Origin: Planctomycetota bacterium | GTDB taxonomy: Bacteria; Planctomycetota; Planctomycetia; JALXBF01 | Assembly: GCA_026991575.1 (NCBI GenBank) | Contig: JALXBF010000170.1 | Location: 1 to 36,794 of the forward strand | Direction of reading: 5' to 3' | Length of the DNA: 36,794 bases | In this document: piece by piece, positions 18,136-27,560 of the stretch | How the letters are laid out: each line of letters starts with the position of its first letter | Position numbering within the stretch: position 1 is the first letter of the stretch | Notes under the pieces: model-generated | The model's input: the letters and a program-made list of their open reading frames with translations, nothing else | Told to the model about the DNA's origin: nothing | Databases searched by the model: none | Made by a program: the position numbers and the translations under genes

Positions 18136-21100
18136 ATGCCAGCAACCGAGGCTACGTACCGGAACCTGAAGAAGCTGCACGTGGTGTTCGGCGTATCCAG
18201 CCTTGCCATGCTGCTGGCGATCCTGTGGATGATCGCCGCGGATCACATGCGCGAATGGAAGCGCGTCCAGCGGGACTTTCTTGTTGTTGATGCCCGCCGC
18301 CTCCAGTATGAACTCCAGCAGCGCGAGCAGGCGCTGGACCAGCAGAAGCTGGCTGAACTGGAACAGAAGCGGCAACAGGCCCTGCAGCGGGTGAATCAGC
18401 GGCGCGACGAGATCGCAGCGATCGAGCAAGAGCTAGAGCACCTGCGCGGACAGGCTCAGCTGGCCCGGCAGCGCCGGCTGATTGTCCAGGCCGAGCGCGA
18501 TTCGATCGCTAGCTTGATCGAGATTGCGAAAGAGGAGCGTGACGAAGAGAAACTCCAACAGCTGCGTGCCCAGTTGCAGCAGGTGCTGAAGCAGCTCGAG
18601 GAGCTCCGCCGTCAGGAGGAAGAAGCGCAGCAGGCGGTCGAAGCGAAGCAGAGGGAACTGGAGCAAAAGCAGAAAGAACTGCTCGAGGTGGAAAAGGAGC
18701 GCAAGCAGCTACTGCGTGATATCGAGCGGCTCCGCGAAGCGCTGGAAGCGAAGAAGTGGGAGTGGGACGAGACGGTCCGATCCTGGCCCATCCTGGATGC
18801 TTTCGCCTCACCAGTACGCATCGAACAGACCGTCCATGACGATCTGCAGATGGACTTCCACTTCACCGGGGTGCCACGCACTGACCGCTGCGTCACGTGT
18901 CACAAAGGAATCGACATGGTGCGAGCCGATGGTTCCCCAATCTACACGGAGCAGTTGCTCGAGCAGCTCAACGCTAAACAGAGCCCCTACTGGCGAGCAT
19001 TCCTGACGCATCCGAAACCGGAACTGTACGTCACTGCCAACAGCCCGCACCCGCGCGAAACATTCGGTTGCACCGTCTGCCACTCGGGGCAGGGGTCGGG
19101 GACCACGTTCACGTACGCCTCGCATTCGCCGAACACGCTTCGTGAGGAACATGAGTGGCAGGCGAAGTACGGCTGGCACGAGGTCCACTTCTGGGAAGAG
19201 CCGATGTTGCCGAGCCGGTTTTACGAGTCGTCTTGCCTGAAGTGCCACGTCCACGTGGTTGACCTGGAAAACCATCCAAAGTACGAGAATCCGGCTCCGA
19301 AGCTGCTGCGCGGCTATCACCTCGTTCGCCAATACGGCTGCTTCGGTTGCCACGAGATCAACGGCTACGTCGAAGGCAAACGGATCGGTCCGGACCTCAG
19401 GCTGGAGCCTCAGACGGAGCAGGAACGTAAACGGGCAGAAGCGGACCCAAGCCAGCCGCCTGGGACGATGCGGAAGGTTGGTCCGTCGCTACGGCATCTG
19501 GCGGAGAAGACGGTCGAGTCGTGGGTCCGCCGGTGGATCAAGCATCCGGCTGCGTTCCGTCCCACCACTCGGATGCCTCGGTTTTACGGCCTTTCCAACA
19601 ACGACGGGCAAACACCCGGGAGCGATCCGACCGATCTGCTTCGCAGCGACGTCGAGATCTATGCGATCACCTACTACCTGTTCCAGAAGAGTGAACCGTT
19701 GAACTTGCCGGATCCGCCGGTGAAGGTTGACCCGACGGACGCCGAACAGGTCGCTCGAGGCAAGACCAAGTTCATCGAACGCGGTTGCCTGGCCTGTCAT
19801 ACGCACGCCGGCGTGCAGGGGGAGCTGGAGCAGATTGAGGTTGAGGCGACAGCGGACTTCGGACCGGACCTCTCCGACTTGCGCCTGAAGCTGGTCGATG
19901 CAAACGGCCGGCCGAATACGAAATGGCTGTACCACTGGCTTAAGAACCCAAAGCGGATCAACCCACGCGGCTTTATGCCGGAACTGAAACTCAGTGACCA
20001 GGACGCTGCGGATATTGCTGCCTGGCTGCTAAGCCAGGATGCCCGGTGGCATGAGGAAGTGTCACTGAAGCCGCTGGAGTCGGCCGAGATCCAGCAGACT
20101 ATCGACGAGATGATCTACATGTACCTGGAGCGGAACTTCACGTTGGAGCAGTCGGAGCGGGCGGTGCGCGAGGGGCTGCGCGAGGATGAGCTGCCGCCGA
20201 GTGGCCCGGAGCGGCTGTTGGTCGCGCCGATCACGCCCGAAAAGAAGCTGCTGTACCTTGGGCAGAAAACCATTGGCCGCCTCGGCTGTTTTGGCTGCCA
20301 CGACATCCCCGGGTTCGAGACAGCTAAGCCGATCGGTACGCCGCTGAGTGATTGGGGCCGGAAGGCGTTCAAGGACCCGGAGAAACTGGAGTTCGTGCAC
20401 GTTGCGGAGTTCGCCGCCGAACGGGGGCCGGAGGGCTGGAGCGAAGAGGACTACGAGTACTTCCTGACAAAGCTGGAGCACCACACCGGTATCGGGTTTC
20501 TGTGGCAGAAGCTGCGCTACCCACGGAGCTTCGACTACAACCGCGATCGTCGCTGGGATGATAAGTTACGGATGCCGCGGTTCCCGTTCGCGAACAACCC
20601 TGAAGACGTCGAGGCTGTGATGACGTTTGTCCTCGGGCTGGTGCAGGACGCGATGATTGCACCGGCCAAGCGGGCGCTGCCCGGACCACGGGAGCTGGCC
20701 CGGATCGAGGGCTGGAAGGCGATCACGCGGTACAACTGCGCTGGCTGCCACGTGTTCCGGATGCCCGAGATCGCCTTCGACGCAACCAAGATGCTCATGG
20801 AGCAGCCCCTGACACGCCATGGCGAGGAGTTTCCCGAGGTGATCGAGGCTCAGAAGAAGATGGCGCGCGACGCTCGGGTGCCGCGGACCGAGCAGATCTA
20901 TCGGATTCAGGGGTTGTTGGTCGGTGAGGTGCCGCCGTTGAGCTTCCCGGATGAGGACGCGCTGGATGGGGTGGCGGCCATTGAGCTGTGGGAGCCGATG
21001 CGGTGGCAGGATACGGTCCTGCTGGTCGGGGACCGGATTCCGGTGGATGACCCGGAGGGGGTTCTGCTGGAGCGGTCCCGGCCGGCGGTGGGTGGGGAGT

Positions 21101-21816
21101 ATGCGGAGATTCTGGTTAAGTGGCTGGCCACGCAGCAGAACAAGCGTTACGAGGAGGTCTGGGGATTTGTGCCGCCGCCGCTGGTGCGTCAGGGGATGAA
21201 GACCCAGCCGGCCTGGACCCACCAGTTCTTGCTGGACCCGTTCCTAATCCGCCCAGCCGCGCGCCTCAGAATGCCCCGTTTCCACATGAGTGATGCTGAG
21301 GCGGCCGCGATCGCACGCTACTTTGCGCTGGTCGACGGTGTCGAGGAGCCTTACGACTACGTGCCGGAGCGTGAGGAGGAGTACCGCCGCCGGCGTGCTA
21401 GCGAACGACCTGACTACTGGCGCGCGGCATGGAATTTGCTCACCATGCGGCCCGAACCCCAGGCGGGCCAGGCCGGCCAGCAGGCCCGCCTGTGTGCGTC
21501 CTGCCACCGGATCGGCACTGTCTACCCGGCCGGCGGGCGCCCCGAGGACAGCGGGCCAGACCTGCACGTTGTGGCCCACCGGTTGCGTTCGGAATACCTG
21601 TGGCAATGGATTGCTTCGCCGAAACGGCTCCTGCCCTACACGGGCATGCCGGTGAACTTCGATCCCCAGAACCCACGGTATCAGGATGTCTTCCGGGGCA
21701 GGAGCATTGACCAGGTGATCGCCGTCAAGGACGTCCTGCTGAACTTTGACTACGTGGAGTATGACGTGGTGCGTCGCAGAGACGGTGAACAACCCGGTGC
21801 AACTGGAGGAGAGTGA
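18136..21816 (+). CDS. Membrane-anchored octaheme cytochrome c with long coiled coil (~1226 aa)
   Basis: N-terminal TM, Q/E/K-rich heptads, eight CxxCH (CVTCH, CTVCH, CLKCH, CFGCH, CLACH, CFGCH, CAGCH, CASCH), repeated GP.L...W...P...MP class-I cyt c folds; AGGAG RBS. Confidence 0.9.
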   Translation: MPATEATYRNLKKLHVVFGVSSLAMLLAILWMIAADHMREWKRVQRDFLVVDARRLQYELQQREQALDQQKLAELEQKRQQALQRVNQRRDEIAAIEQELEHLRGQAQLARQRRLIVQAERDSIASLIEIAKEERDEEKLQQLRAQLQQVLKQLEELRRQEEEAQQAVEAKQRELEQKQKELLEVEKERKQLLRDIERLREALEAKKWEWDETVRSWPILDAFASPVRIEQTVHDDLQMDFHFTGVPRTDRCVTCHKGIDMVRADGSPIYTEQLLEQLNAKQSPYWRAFLTHPKPELYVTANSPHPRETFGCTVCHSGQGSGTTFTYASHSPNTLREEHEWQAKYGWHEVHFWEEPMLPSRFYESSCLKCHVHVVDLENHPKYENPAPKLLRGYHLVRQYGCFGCHEINGYVEGKRIGPDLRLEPQTEQERKRAEADPSQPPGTMRKVGPSLRHLAEKTVESWVRRWIKHPAAFRPTTRMPRFYGLSNNDGQTPGSDPTDLLRSDVEIYAITYYLFQKSEPLNLPDPPVKVDPTDAEQVARGKTKFIERGCLACHTHAGVQGELEQIEVEATADFGPDLSDLRLKLVDANGRPNTKWLYHWLKNPKRINPRGFMPELKLSDQDAADIAAWLLSQDARWHEEVSLKPLESAEIQQTIDEMIYMYLERNFTLEQSERAVREGLREDELPPSGPERLLVAPITPEKKLLYLGQKTIGRLGCFGCHDIPGFETAKPIGTPLSDWGRKAFKDPEKLEFVHVAEFAAERGPEGWSEEDYEYFLTKLEHHTGIGFLWQKLRYPRSFDYNRDRRWDDKLRMPRFPFANNPEDVEAVMTFVLGLVQDAMIAPAKRALPGPRELARIEGWKAITRYNCAGCHVFRMPEIAFDATKMLMEQPLTRHGEEFPEVIEAQKKMARDARVPRTEQIYRIQGLLVGEVPPLSFPDEDALDGVAAIELWEPMRWQDTVLLVGDRIPVDDPEGVLLERSRPAVGGEYAEILVKWLATQQNKRYEEVWGFVPPPLVRQGMKTQPAWTHQFLLDPFLIRPAARLRMPRFHMSDAEAAAIARYFALVDGVEEPYDYVPEREEEYRRRRASERPDYWRAAWNLLTMRPEPQAGQAGQQARLCASCHRIGTVYPAGGRPEDSGPDLHVVAHRLRSEYLWQWIASPKRLLPYTGMPVNFDPQNPRYQDVFRGRSIDQVIAVKDVLLNFDYVEYDVVRRRDGEQPGATGGE

Positions 21817-21817
21817 C

Positions 21818-22726
21818 ATGCGGAGCTTCACGCTGTTGTCCGTGGTCGGTAGTCTGGTTGCCGGGCTTGCGCTGACGGCGTTGCCCGGCTGCGGTGGTGG
21901 TGGTGGCGGTTCCGAGTCAACGGCACCCAGTCCGACGACCACCTCCGGCCAGCAGGGGGCCGGGACCGAGGAGGCCAAGGGTGAGGAGAGCACAGCGGAG
22001 CCGAAGGACGAAGGGGCCGCCGCAGCACCCGAAGGGTGGGGCACGATCAAAGGCCGTGTGGTCTACGACGGTGACCCGCCGGAGCCGCGCGTGCTGGTCG
22101 AGCAGGGCGCGCCGGAGGAAAAGGTCCGCGACGCCAGCGTGTGCGCGAAACACACGATCTACAGCGAGGAGCTGGTCGTCGATAAGGAGACCAAGGGCAT
22201 CAAGTGGGCGGTGGTTTGGGTGAACCGTCCGCCAAAGGTCCATCCGGACCTTGAGCCGGTACCGTCGGAGCCTGCAGAGCTGAACCAGAAAGGCTGTGTT
22301 TACATCCCACACGTGCTGGCAATCCGCCAGGGACAGAAGCTGATCATCGCCAGCGAAGACCCGATTGCCCACAACACGAACATTCAGGGGTTCCGTAACA
22401 CGCCCTGGAACCGGGTGCTGCCCGAAGCGACCGAGGGTAAGCAGACCCTGGAAGGACCGCAGCTGGTGGCCGAGTCGGTGCCGCTGTCGGTGGCCTGCAA
22501 CATTCACCCGTGGATGAAGGCTTATATTGCCGTGTTCCGGCACCCCTACTTTGCGGTGACGAATGACAAGGGCGAGTTCGTCATCGAGAAGGTGCCGGCC
22601 GGCAAGGTCAACCTGGTCAGTTGGCAGGAGTCGCTCGGTCGCGGGCCCGGCGGCCGCAAGGGAATCGAGGTGGAAGTGAAGCCGGGTGAGACGACTGAGG
22701 TGACCATCACGTTCACTCCGAAATAG
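21818..22726 (+). CDS. Lipoprotein with cupredoxin-like domain inside a carboxypeptidase-regulatory-like beta fold
   Basis: Lipobox LPGC, Gly/Ser/Glu linker, GTIKGRV, AHNTN...CNIHPWM, HPYFAVT..GEF.I..VP.G. Confidence 0.8.
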   Translation: MRSFTLLSVVGSLVAGLALTALPGCGGGGGGSESTAPSPTTTSGQQGAGTEEAKGEESTAEPKDEGAAAAPEGWGTIKGRVVYDGDPPEPRVLVEQGAPEEKVRDASVCAKHTIYSEELVVDKETKGIKWAVVWVNRPPKVHPDLEPVPSEPAELNQKGCVYIPHVLAIRQGQKLIIASEDPIAHNTNIQGFRNTPWNRVLPEATEGKQTLEGPQLVAESVPLSVACNIHPWMKAYIAVFRHPYFAVTNDKGEFVIEKVPAGKVNLVSWQESLGRGPGGRKGIEVEVKPGETTEVTITFTPK

Positions 22727-22739
22727 CCGCGATCTGCCC

Positions 22740-22775
22740 GGTGGTGCCGGAGCAGTAGCTGCCTCCGGCACCACC
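22740..22775 (+). other. Intergenic stem-loop (13-bp perfect stem, no U tract)
   Basis: GGTGGTGCCGGAG (22740-22752) / CTCCGGCACCACC (22763-22775). Confidence 0.7.
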
Positions 22776-22818
22776 TAGCTGCTTGATCGTGGGAGCAGTG
22801 GGGTAGGAGCAGCCGAAG

Positions 22819-23859
22819 ATGAGAAGAAGTGTGCTCGTAGCGGTCATCGCCGGCGCTGTGCTGCCGGTGGTCGGCTGTGGCGGACCGCCGCTTCAGTTTC
22901 CGCTGCCCGATGCCGAGTTGTATGTCGGGCCGGACCAGGAGCCCCTGAAGCTGACCGCCGAACAGCGCCAGCAGATCTGGCGGATCCTGGATGCACAATT
23001 CGGGACTCCGGACCAGCCAAAGGTGCCCGACCCGATTAAGGAGATCCCGGGCTTTAAGACAGAACGGCTGGTGGAGGGTGGTCGGGCGTACCGCAAGCTC
23101 TGCATGCATTGTCACGGATTAGACGGCGATGGCGACGGTCCGACGGCCCCATTCCTGAATCCGCGGCCGCGCGACTATCGGCCCGGAGTCTTCAAGTTCA
23201 CCTCCACGGCGGTGGGAGCGAAACCGACCTGGGACGACCTTCATTACACGCTTGTGCGTGGTGCTCCGGGCACGGCCATGCCGTCGTTCCGTGCCTACCC
23301 GGAGGAAACGTTGGCTGCCCTGGTGGACTACGTGATTTACCTAAGCGTTCGTGGCCAGGTGGAGCGGTTGCTGGCCGCGACGCTTACCGAGTTCGATGAA
23401 CTGGCTGACGAGGACATCGAGGATGCGATCACCCTGGTGGCTGGCCAATGGAAGGCAGCTCCCGGGGCAGTCGTGCAACCCGATTCGGACAAGGCACCGT
23501 TTACAATGGAATCGGTGAAGCGGGGCCGTGAGTTGTTTCTCGCGTCTGACAAAGGTAACTGCGCTGCTTGTCACGGTGAGAGTGGCCGGGGTGATGGCCC
23601 CAGCGCCGAGGTGGATCCCAACACCGGGCAGCCGATGCGCGACTACTGGGGTTTCCGAATTCGTCCGACGGACTTGACGACTGGCCTGTTGCGCGGTGGT
23701 CGCCGGCCGATCGACATCTACCGTCGGATCCACACGGGCGTCAAGGGAACTCCGATGCCCGGCCAGGCGGGGAATCTTTCCTCGGACGAAATCTGGGACC
23801 TGGTCAACTTCGTGCTCTACCTGCCCTACCAGGGGGCTCAGGCGAGAGCGAGCGAATAG
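22819..23859 (+). CDS. Diheme cytochrome c lipoprotein
   Basis: Lipobox VVGC; CMHCH and CAACH each followed by a distal GT.MP Met. Confidence 0.9.
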   Translation: MRRSVLVAVIAGAVLPVVGCGGPPLQFPLPDAELYVGPDQEPLKLTAEQRQQIWRILDAQFGTPDQPKVPDPIKEIPGFKTERLVEGGRAYRKLCMHCHGLDGDGDGPTAPFLNPRPRDYRPGVFKFTSTAVGAKPTWDDLHYTLVRGAPGTAMPSFRAYPEETLAALVDYVIYLSVRGQVERLLAATLTEFDELADEDIEDAITLVAGQWKAAPGAVVQPDSDKAPFTMESVKRGRELFLASDKGNCAACHGESGRGDGPSAEVDPNTGQPMRDYWGFRIRPTDLTTGLLRGGRRPIDIYRRIHTGVKGTPMPGQAGNLSSDEIWDLVNFVLYLPYQGAQARASE

Positions 23860-23870
23860 GATGGCGGTAA

Positions 23871-23904
23871 GGCCGGACCCGGAAAGGGGCGCTCCGGGCC
23901 GGCC
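23871..23904 (+). other. Intergenic stem-loop
   Basis: GGCCGG-A-CCCGGA ... TCCGGG-CCGGCC. Confidence 0.55.
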
Positions 23905-23965
23905 TCGGCCGGTGCGGTGGTGGGGCTAAACGATTGGCGACTCGCTAACGCAGAGGGCTAGAGCC

Positions 23966-24784
23966 GTGCGTATCGTATGGACCGTGCTGTTCGTGACCGT
24001 GCCGGTGCTGTCCATCGGCTTCTTCGTGGCAGCACCATTCATGAACTGGTGGTTGCCGGAGAATCTGTCCACGATTGCCGGCGACATCGACCGGATGTTC
24101 TACGTGATCCTGGCGATCACCGGCGCGATCTTCGCGCTGACGCAGGCAGTGCTGATCTATGCCCTGGTACGGTACAGCCGCGAGGACACTAAACCAGTTT
24201 ATTTCCACGAAAACAACAAACTGGAGATTGCTTGGTCGGTGGTACCGGCCGGAATCCTTGTGTTCCTGGCGTTCTACCAGCTGCCTACCTGGGGCAAGGC
24301 GAAGTACGTCACCCAGATAGAAGGCAAGGACGCCCGATTTGTGGCCATGGTGGTGGGCACGCAGTTTGACTGGCGCGTCCGCTACGTTGGCTTGGACGGC
24401 CAGCCGGGTAAGGCGGGCGTGGATGACGACGGCGATGGGGTGGTCGATAACTGGACGGAATTGGGCTTTCCCGACACCGATGACGTGGAGACAGTTGCGG
24501 AGCTGCGTTTGCCTGCCAATGAGCTGGTCATCATCCGGCTCACCAGCAACGACGTGCTGCACAGCTTTTTCGTGCCGCAGTTCCGCATCAAACAGGATGC
24601 TGTGCCGGGCATGATGATCCCGGTCTGGTTCCAGGCCACCAAGCCGGGCGAATACGAGCTCGTGTGCGCGGAGCTCTGCGGCTGGGGCCATTACCGGATG
24701 CGGGGTAAGCTGATCGTTCAGGAGCGCGACAAGTTCAACCGGTGGCTTGAACAGCTCAACGCAGAGGAAGAGGCGGTGCGATGA
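23966..24784 (+). CDS. ctaC: Cytochrome c oxidase subunit II (CuA)
   Basis: LEIAWSVVP, DVLHSF, CAELCGWGHYRM CuA motif; no fused cytochrome c. Confidence 0.96.
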   Translation: MRIVWTVLFVTVPVLSIGFFVAAPFMNWWLPENLSTIAGDIDRMFYVILAITGAIFALTQAVLIYALVRYSREDTKPVYFHENNKLEIAWSVVPAGILVFLAFYQLPTWGKAKYVTQIEGKDARFVAMVVGTQFDWRVRYVGLDGQPGKAGVDDDGDGVVDNWTELGFPDTDDVETVAELRLPANELVIIRLTSNDVLHSFFVPQFRIKQDAVPGMMIPVWFQATKPGEYELVCAELCGWGHYRMRGKLIVQERDKFNRWLEQLNAEEEAVR

Positions 24785-26562
24785 GTACGGCAAGCGTTTC
24801 GGTCGAGCGCCCGCATGCGCATACGCATGAGCTGAGCTTTATACGAGCATACGTGTTCTCCGAGGACCACAAGGTCATCGGATTACAGTTTTTCTTTTCA
24901 GGCCTCGTGTTCTTCTTGATCGGAGGCCTGCTGGCGCTGGCGATCCGCTGGCAGCTCGCATGGCCGTGGACTCAGGTGCCGATCCTGTCGCAGGCGTTCA
25001 GCCTGACGGCAGGCCAGATGCCACCTGAGTTCTACACCATGCTGTTCACCATGCACGGGACGATCATGATCTTCTTCGTGATCATCCCGATGCTGAACGC
25101 GGCCTTCGGCAACTATCTGTTGCCGCTCATGATCGGGGCGCGCGACATGGCGTTCCCCAAACTGAACATGATGTCGTACTGGGTGATGTTCCTGGCGTTT
25201 CCGGTGATCTTGGCCAGCTTCTTCGTGGAAGGCGGTGCAGCGGCAGCTGGCTGGACTGCCTACCCGCCGCTGGCCAGCATTAAGGAAGCCGCACCTGGTT
25301 CCGGCCCGGGCCAGACCCTCTGGCTCTTGGCGCTTATCCTGGTCGGAACATCTTCGATGATGGGTTCGGTGAACTACATCACCACGGTGATCAAGTGCCG
25401 GGTCAAAGGCATGCACATGCTCCGCATGCCGCTAACGGTCTGGGCGCTCTTCATCACCGCGATCTTGCAGGCCTTCGCGCTGCCCGTGCTCACAGCCGCC
25501 CTGTTCATGCAACTCCTCGAGCGGACCCTGGGCATGAACTTTTTCGTGCCGCCCGGGTTGTTGATCAACGGTCGCACGATCGCCGAAGCTGGCGGCCACC
25601 CGCTGCTGTGGCAGCACCTGTTCTGGTTTTACTCCCACCCGGCCGTCTACATCATGATCCTGCCTGCCATGGGCATGGTCTCGGATATCATGTCGTGTTT
25701 TGCCCGGAAGCCCATTTTCGGTTACAAGGCCATGGTGTACGCCATTGCCGGTATCGCCGGGCTGGGCTTCATCGTCTGGGCGCACCACATGTTCGTCAGC
25801 GGCATGAATCCCTACCTTGGGGTCGCCTTCATGACCGCGACCATGCTCATTGCGCTGCCGTCGGGCGTAAAAGTGTTCAACTGGCTGGCGACGCTGGTCG
25901 GAGGAAAGATTGAGTTCAGCGTGCCGATGCTGCACGCGCTGGCGTTCGTTTCGTTGTTCATCATCGGCGGCTTGAGTGGGCTGTACATGGCTGCCACGCC
26001 AGTGGATATGCATATCCACGATACGTACTTCATCGTGGCCCACTTCCACTATGTTCTGTTCGGCGGGAGCACTTTTGCGATTTTCGGCGCGATCACGTAC
26101 TGGTTCCCGAAGATGTTTGGCCGGAAGATGAACGAGACGCTGGGCAAGATCCACTTCGCCCTCACGTTCATCTTCTTCAACGGCACCTTCTTCGTAATGC
26201 ACCTGCTGGGCATCCACGGTCATCCCCGACGGATTGCCGACCCGACGTTGTACGAGTTCCTGCACGACGTGCAGAGCCTGAACGTTTTCTCAACCGTCTG
26301 TGCCCTGGCGCTCGGTGCGACTCAGATTCTGTTCGTGATCAACATGTTTTACAGTTTGTTCTTTGGTGAGCGGGCCGAGCAGAACCCATGGCGTGCAAAC
26401 ACGCTGGAATGGCAGGCACCTACGCCGCCGCCGCACGGGAACTTCCCGGAACCGATTGAGGTTCACCGTTGGCCGTACGACTACAGTAAGCCTGGGTGCC
26501 CTGAAGACTACGCGCCGCAGACGCAGCCTCTTGCGGCTGCTGAGGCGGCGACTGCGCATTAG
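24781..26562 (+). CDS. ctaD: Cytochrome c oxidase subunit I, A2 type
   Basis: DHK, TMHG, DMAFP, WFYSHPAVY, VWAHHM, HDTYFIVAHFHY, PRR. Confidence 0.98.
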   Translation: MSTASVSVERPHAHTHELSFIRAYVFSEDHKVIGLQFFFSGLVFFLIGGLLALAIRWQLAWPWTQVPILSQAFSLTAGQMPPEFYTMLFTMHGTIMIFFVIIPMLNAAFGNYLLPLMIGARDMAFPKLNMMSYWVMFLAFPVILASFFVEGGAAAAGWTAYPPLASIKEAAPGSGPGQTLWLLALILVGTSSMMGSVNYITTVIKCRVKGMHMLRMPLTVWALFITAILQAFALPVLTAALFMQLLERTLGMNFFVPPGLLINGRTIAEAGGHPLLWQHLFWFYSHPAVYIMILPAMGMVSDIMSCFARKPIFGYKAMVYAIAGIAGLGFIVWAHHMFVSGMNPYLGVAFMTATMLIALPSGVKVFNWLATLVGGKIEFSVPMLHALAFVSLFIIGGLSGLYMAATPVDMHIHDTYFIVAHFHYVLFGGSTFAIFGAITYWFPKMFGRKMNETLGKIHFALTFIFFNGTFFVMHLLGIHGHPRRIADPTLYEFLHDVQSLNVFSTVCALALGATQILFVINMFYSLFFGERAEQNPWRANTLEWQAPTPPPHGNFPEPIEVHRWPYDYSKPGCPEDYAPQTQPLAAAEAATAH

Positions 26563-26582
26563 AGGATTACGAGGCGGAGCAT

Positions 26583-27560
26583 ATGGTGACAGCGGGAGCG
26601 AACAACCGCAAGGTGTGGCTGCTGCACTGGCTTGCCGTCGTCGCGACCGCTGCCACCTTCCTGCTCCTAGCCGCAGGCGGTGCGGTCACGAGCCTCGACG
26701 TGGGCATGGCCGACACGGTCTGGCCGACTCCTCCCTGGTACCTGCTCGTGCTGCTGCGGTCGGGCCGAGCGTTGGAGCGGGGGATTGGTTTCTTGGTTGA
26801 GCATGCGCACCGGCAGGTCGGCTGGATCGTGGGCATGATCGTGGTGGTCATGGCCGCAGCAGCGTGGTCGCGTGGCGTGCCCCGCTGGCTCCGCTGGTGG
26901 AGCCTGGCGCTGTTGGTGACCGTTTCCGTCCAGGGCGTGCTCGGTGGGCTGCGTGTGCTGGACGTGTCGCGTGAGCTGGCAGTCGTACACGGTATTACGG
27001 CGCATCTGTTCTTCGCGGCCTGCCTGCTCACGGCGCTGCTAACGCGTCCGGGCCGTTTCGAGCGTCTCCTAGCGCTGGAGGCCGACACGGCGACGCTCTA
27101 CCAGCGGATGCGCACGGCGGTCATTGCATCCGGACTGCTTTTCTTCCAGCTCGTCAGCGGCGCGATCCTCCGCCACCTCGGCATCTGGCTCGGTGTCCAC
27201 GTGCTCGGTGCGGTAGCTGCTGCGCTGGCAACCATGGCGCTGGGCTTCGGCTGCTTCTTCATGGGGGACCGGCCACTGTTCTCGGCCCGGTCCTGGCTGC
27301 TGATGATCGGTGCGTTTGGCCAGGTGTTGCTGGGGGCAAGTGCGTGGGTGAGTGCGGACGGGTTCGGCCCGTACGCTCTCGGACCGATTACCCGGACGCA
27401 TGCCTACAGCGCGACGGCTCACATGCTGCTGGGCAGTGCGCTATGGGCGACCACCGTCACCGTACTTGCCGACCTGTACCTCTGCCTCCGCGGCCGGTGG
27501 GCCGCCTCCGGTAGCAAAGCACACGTGGGGCTGCCGGGGCCGGTGGGGAATTCGGCATGA
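26583..27560 (+). CDS. ctaA: Heme A synthase (COX15/CtaA)
   Basis: EHAHR, QGVLGG, VVHG, GVHV, TAHM; about 8 TM helices. Confidence 0.85.
   Translation: MVTAGANNRKVWLLHWLAVVATAATFLLLAAGGAVTSLDVGMADTVWPTPPWYLLVLLRSGRALERGIGFLVEHAHRQVGWIVGMIVVVMAAAAWSRGVPRWLRWWSLALLVTVSVQGVLGGLRVLDVSRELAVVHGITAHLFFAACLLTALLTRPGRFERLLALEADTATLYQRMRTAVIASGLLFFQLVSGAILRHLGIWLGVHVLGAVAAALATMALGFGCFFMGDRPLFSARSWLLMIGAFGQVLLGASAWVSADGFGPYALGPITRTHAYSATAHMLLGSALWATTVTVLADLYLCLRGRWAASGSKAHVGLPGPVGNSA

Noticed and set aside
21893..21910. GGT trinucleotide run
   Set aside because: Encodes the poly-Gly linker after the lipobox; an in-frame repeat, not a phase-variation tract.
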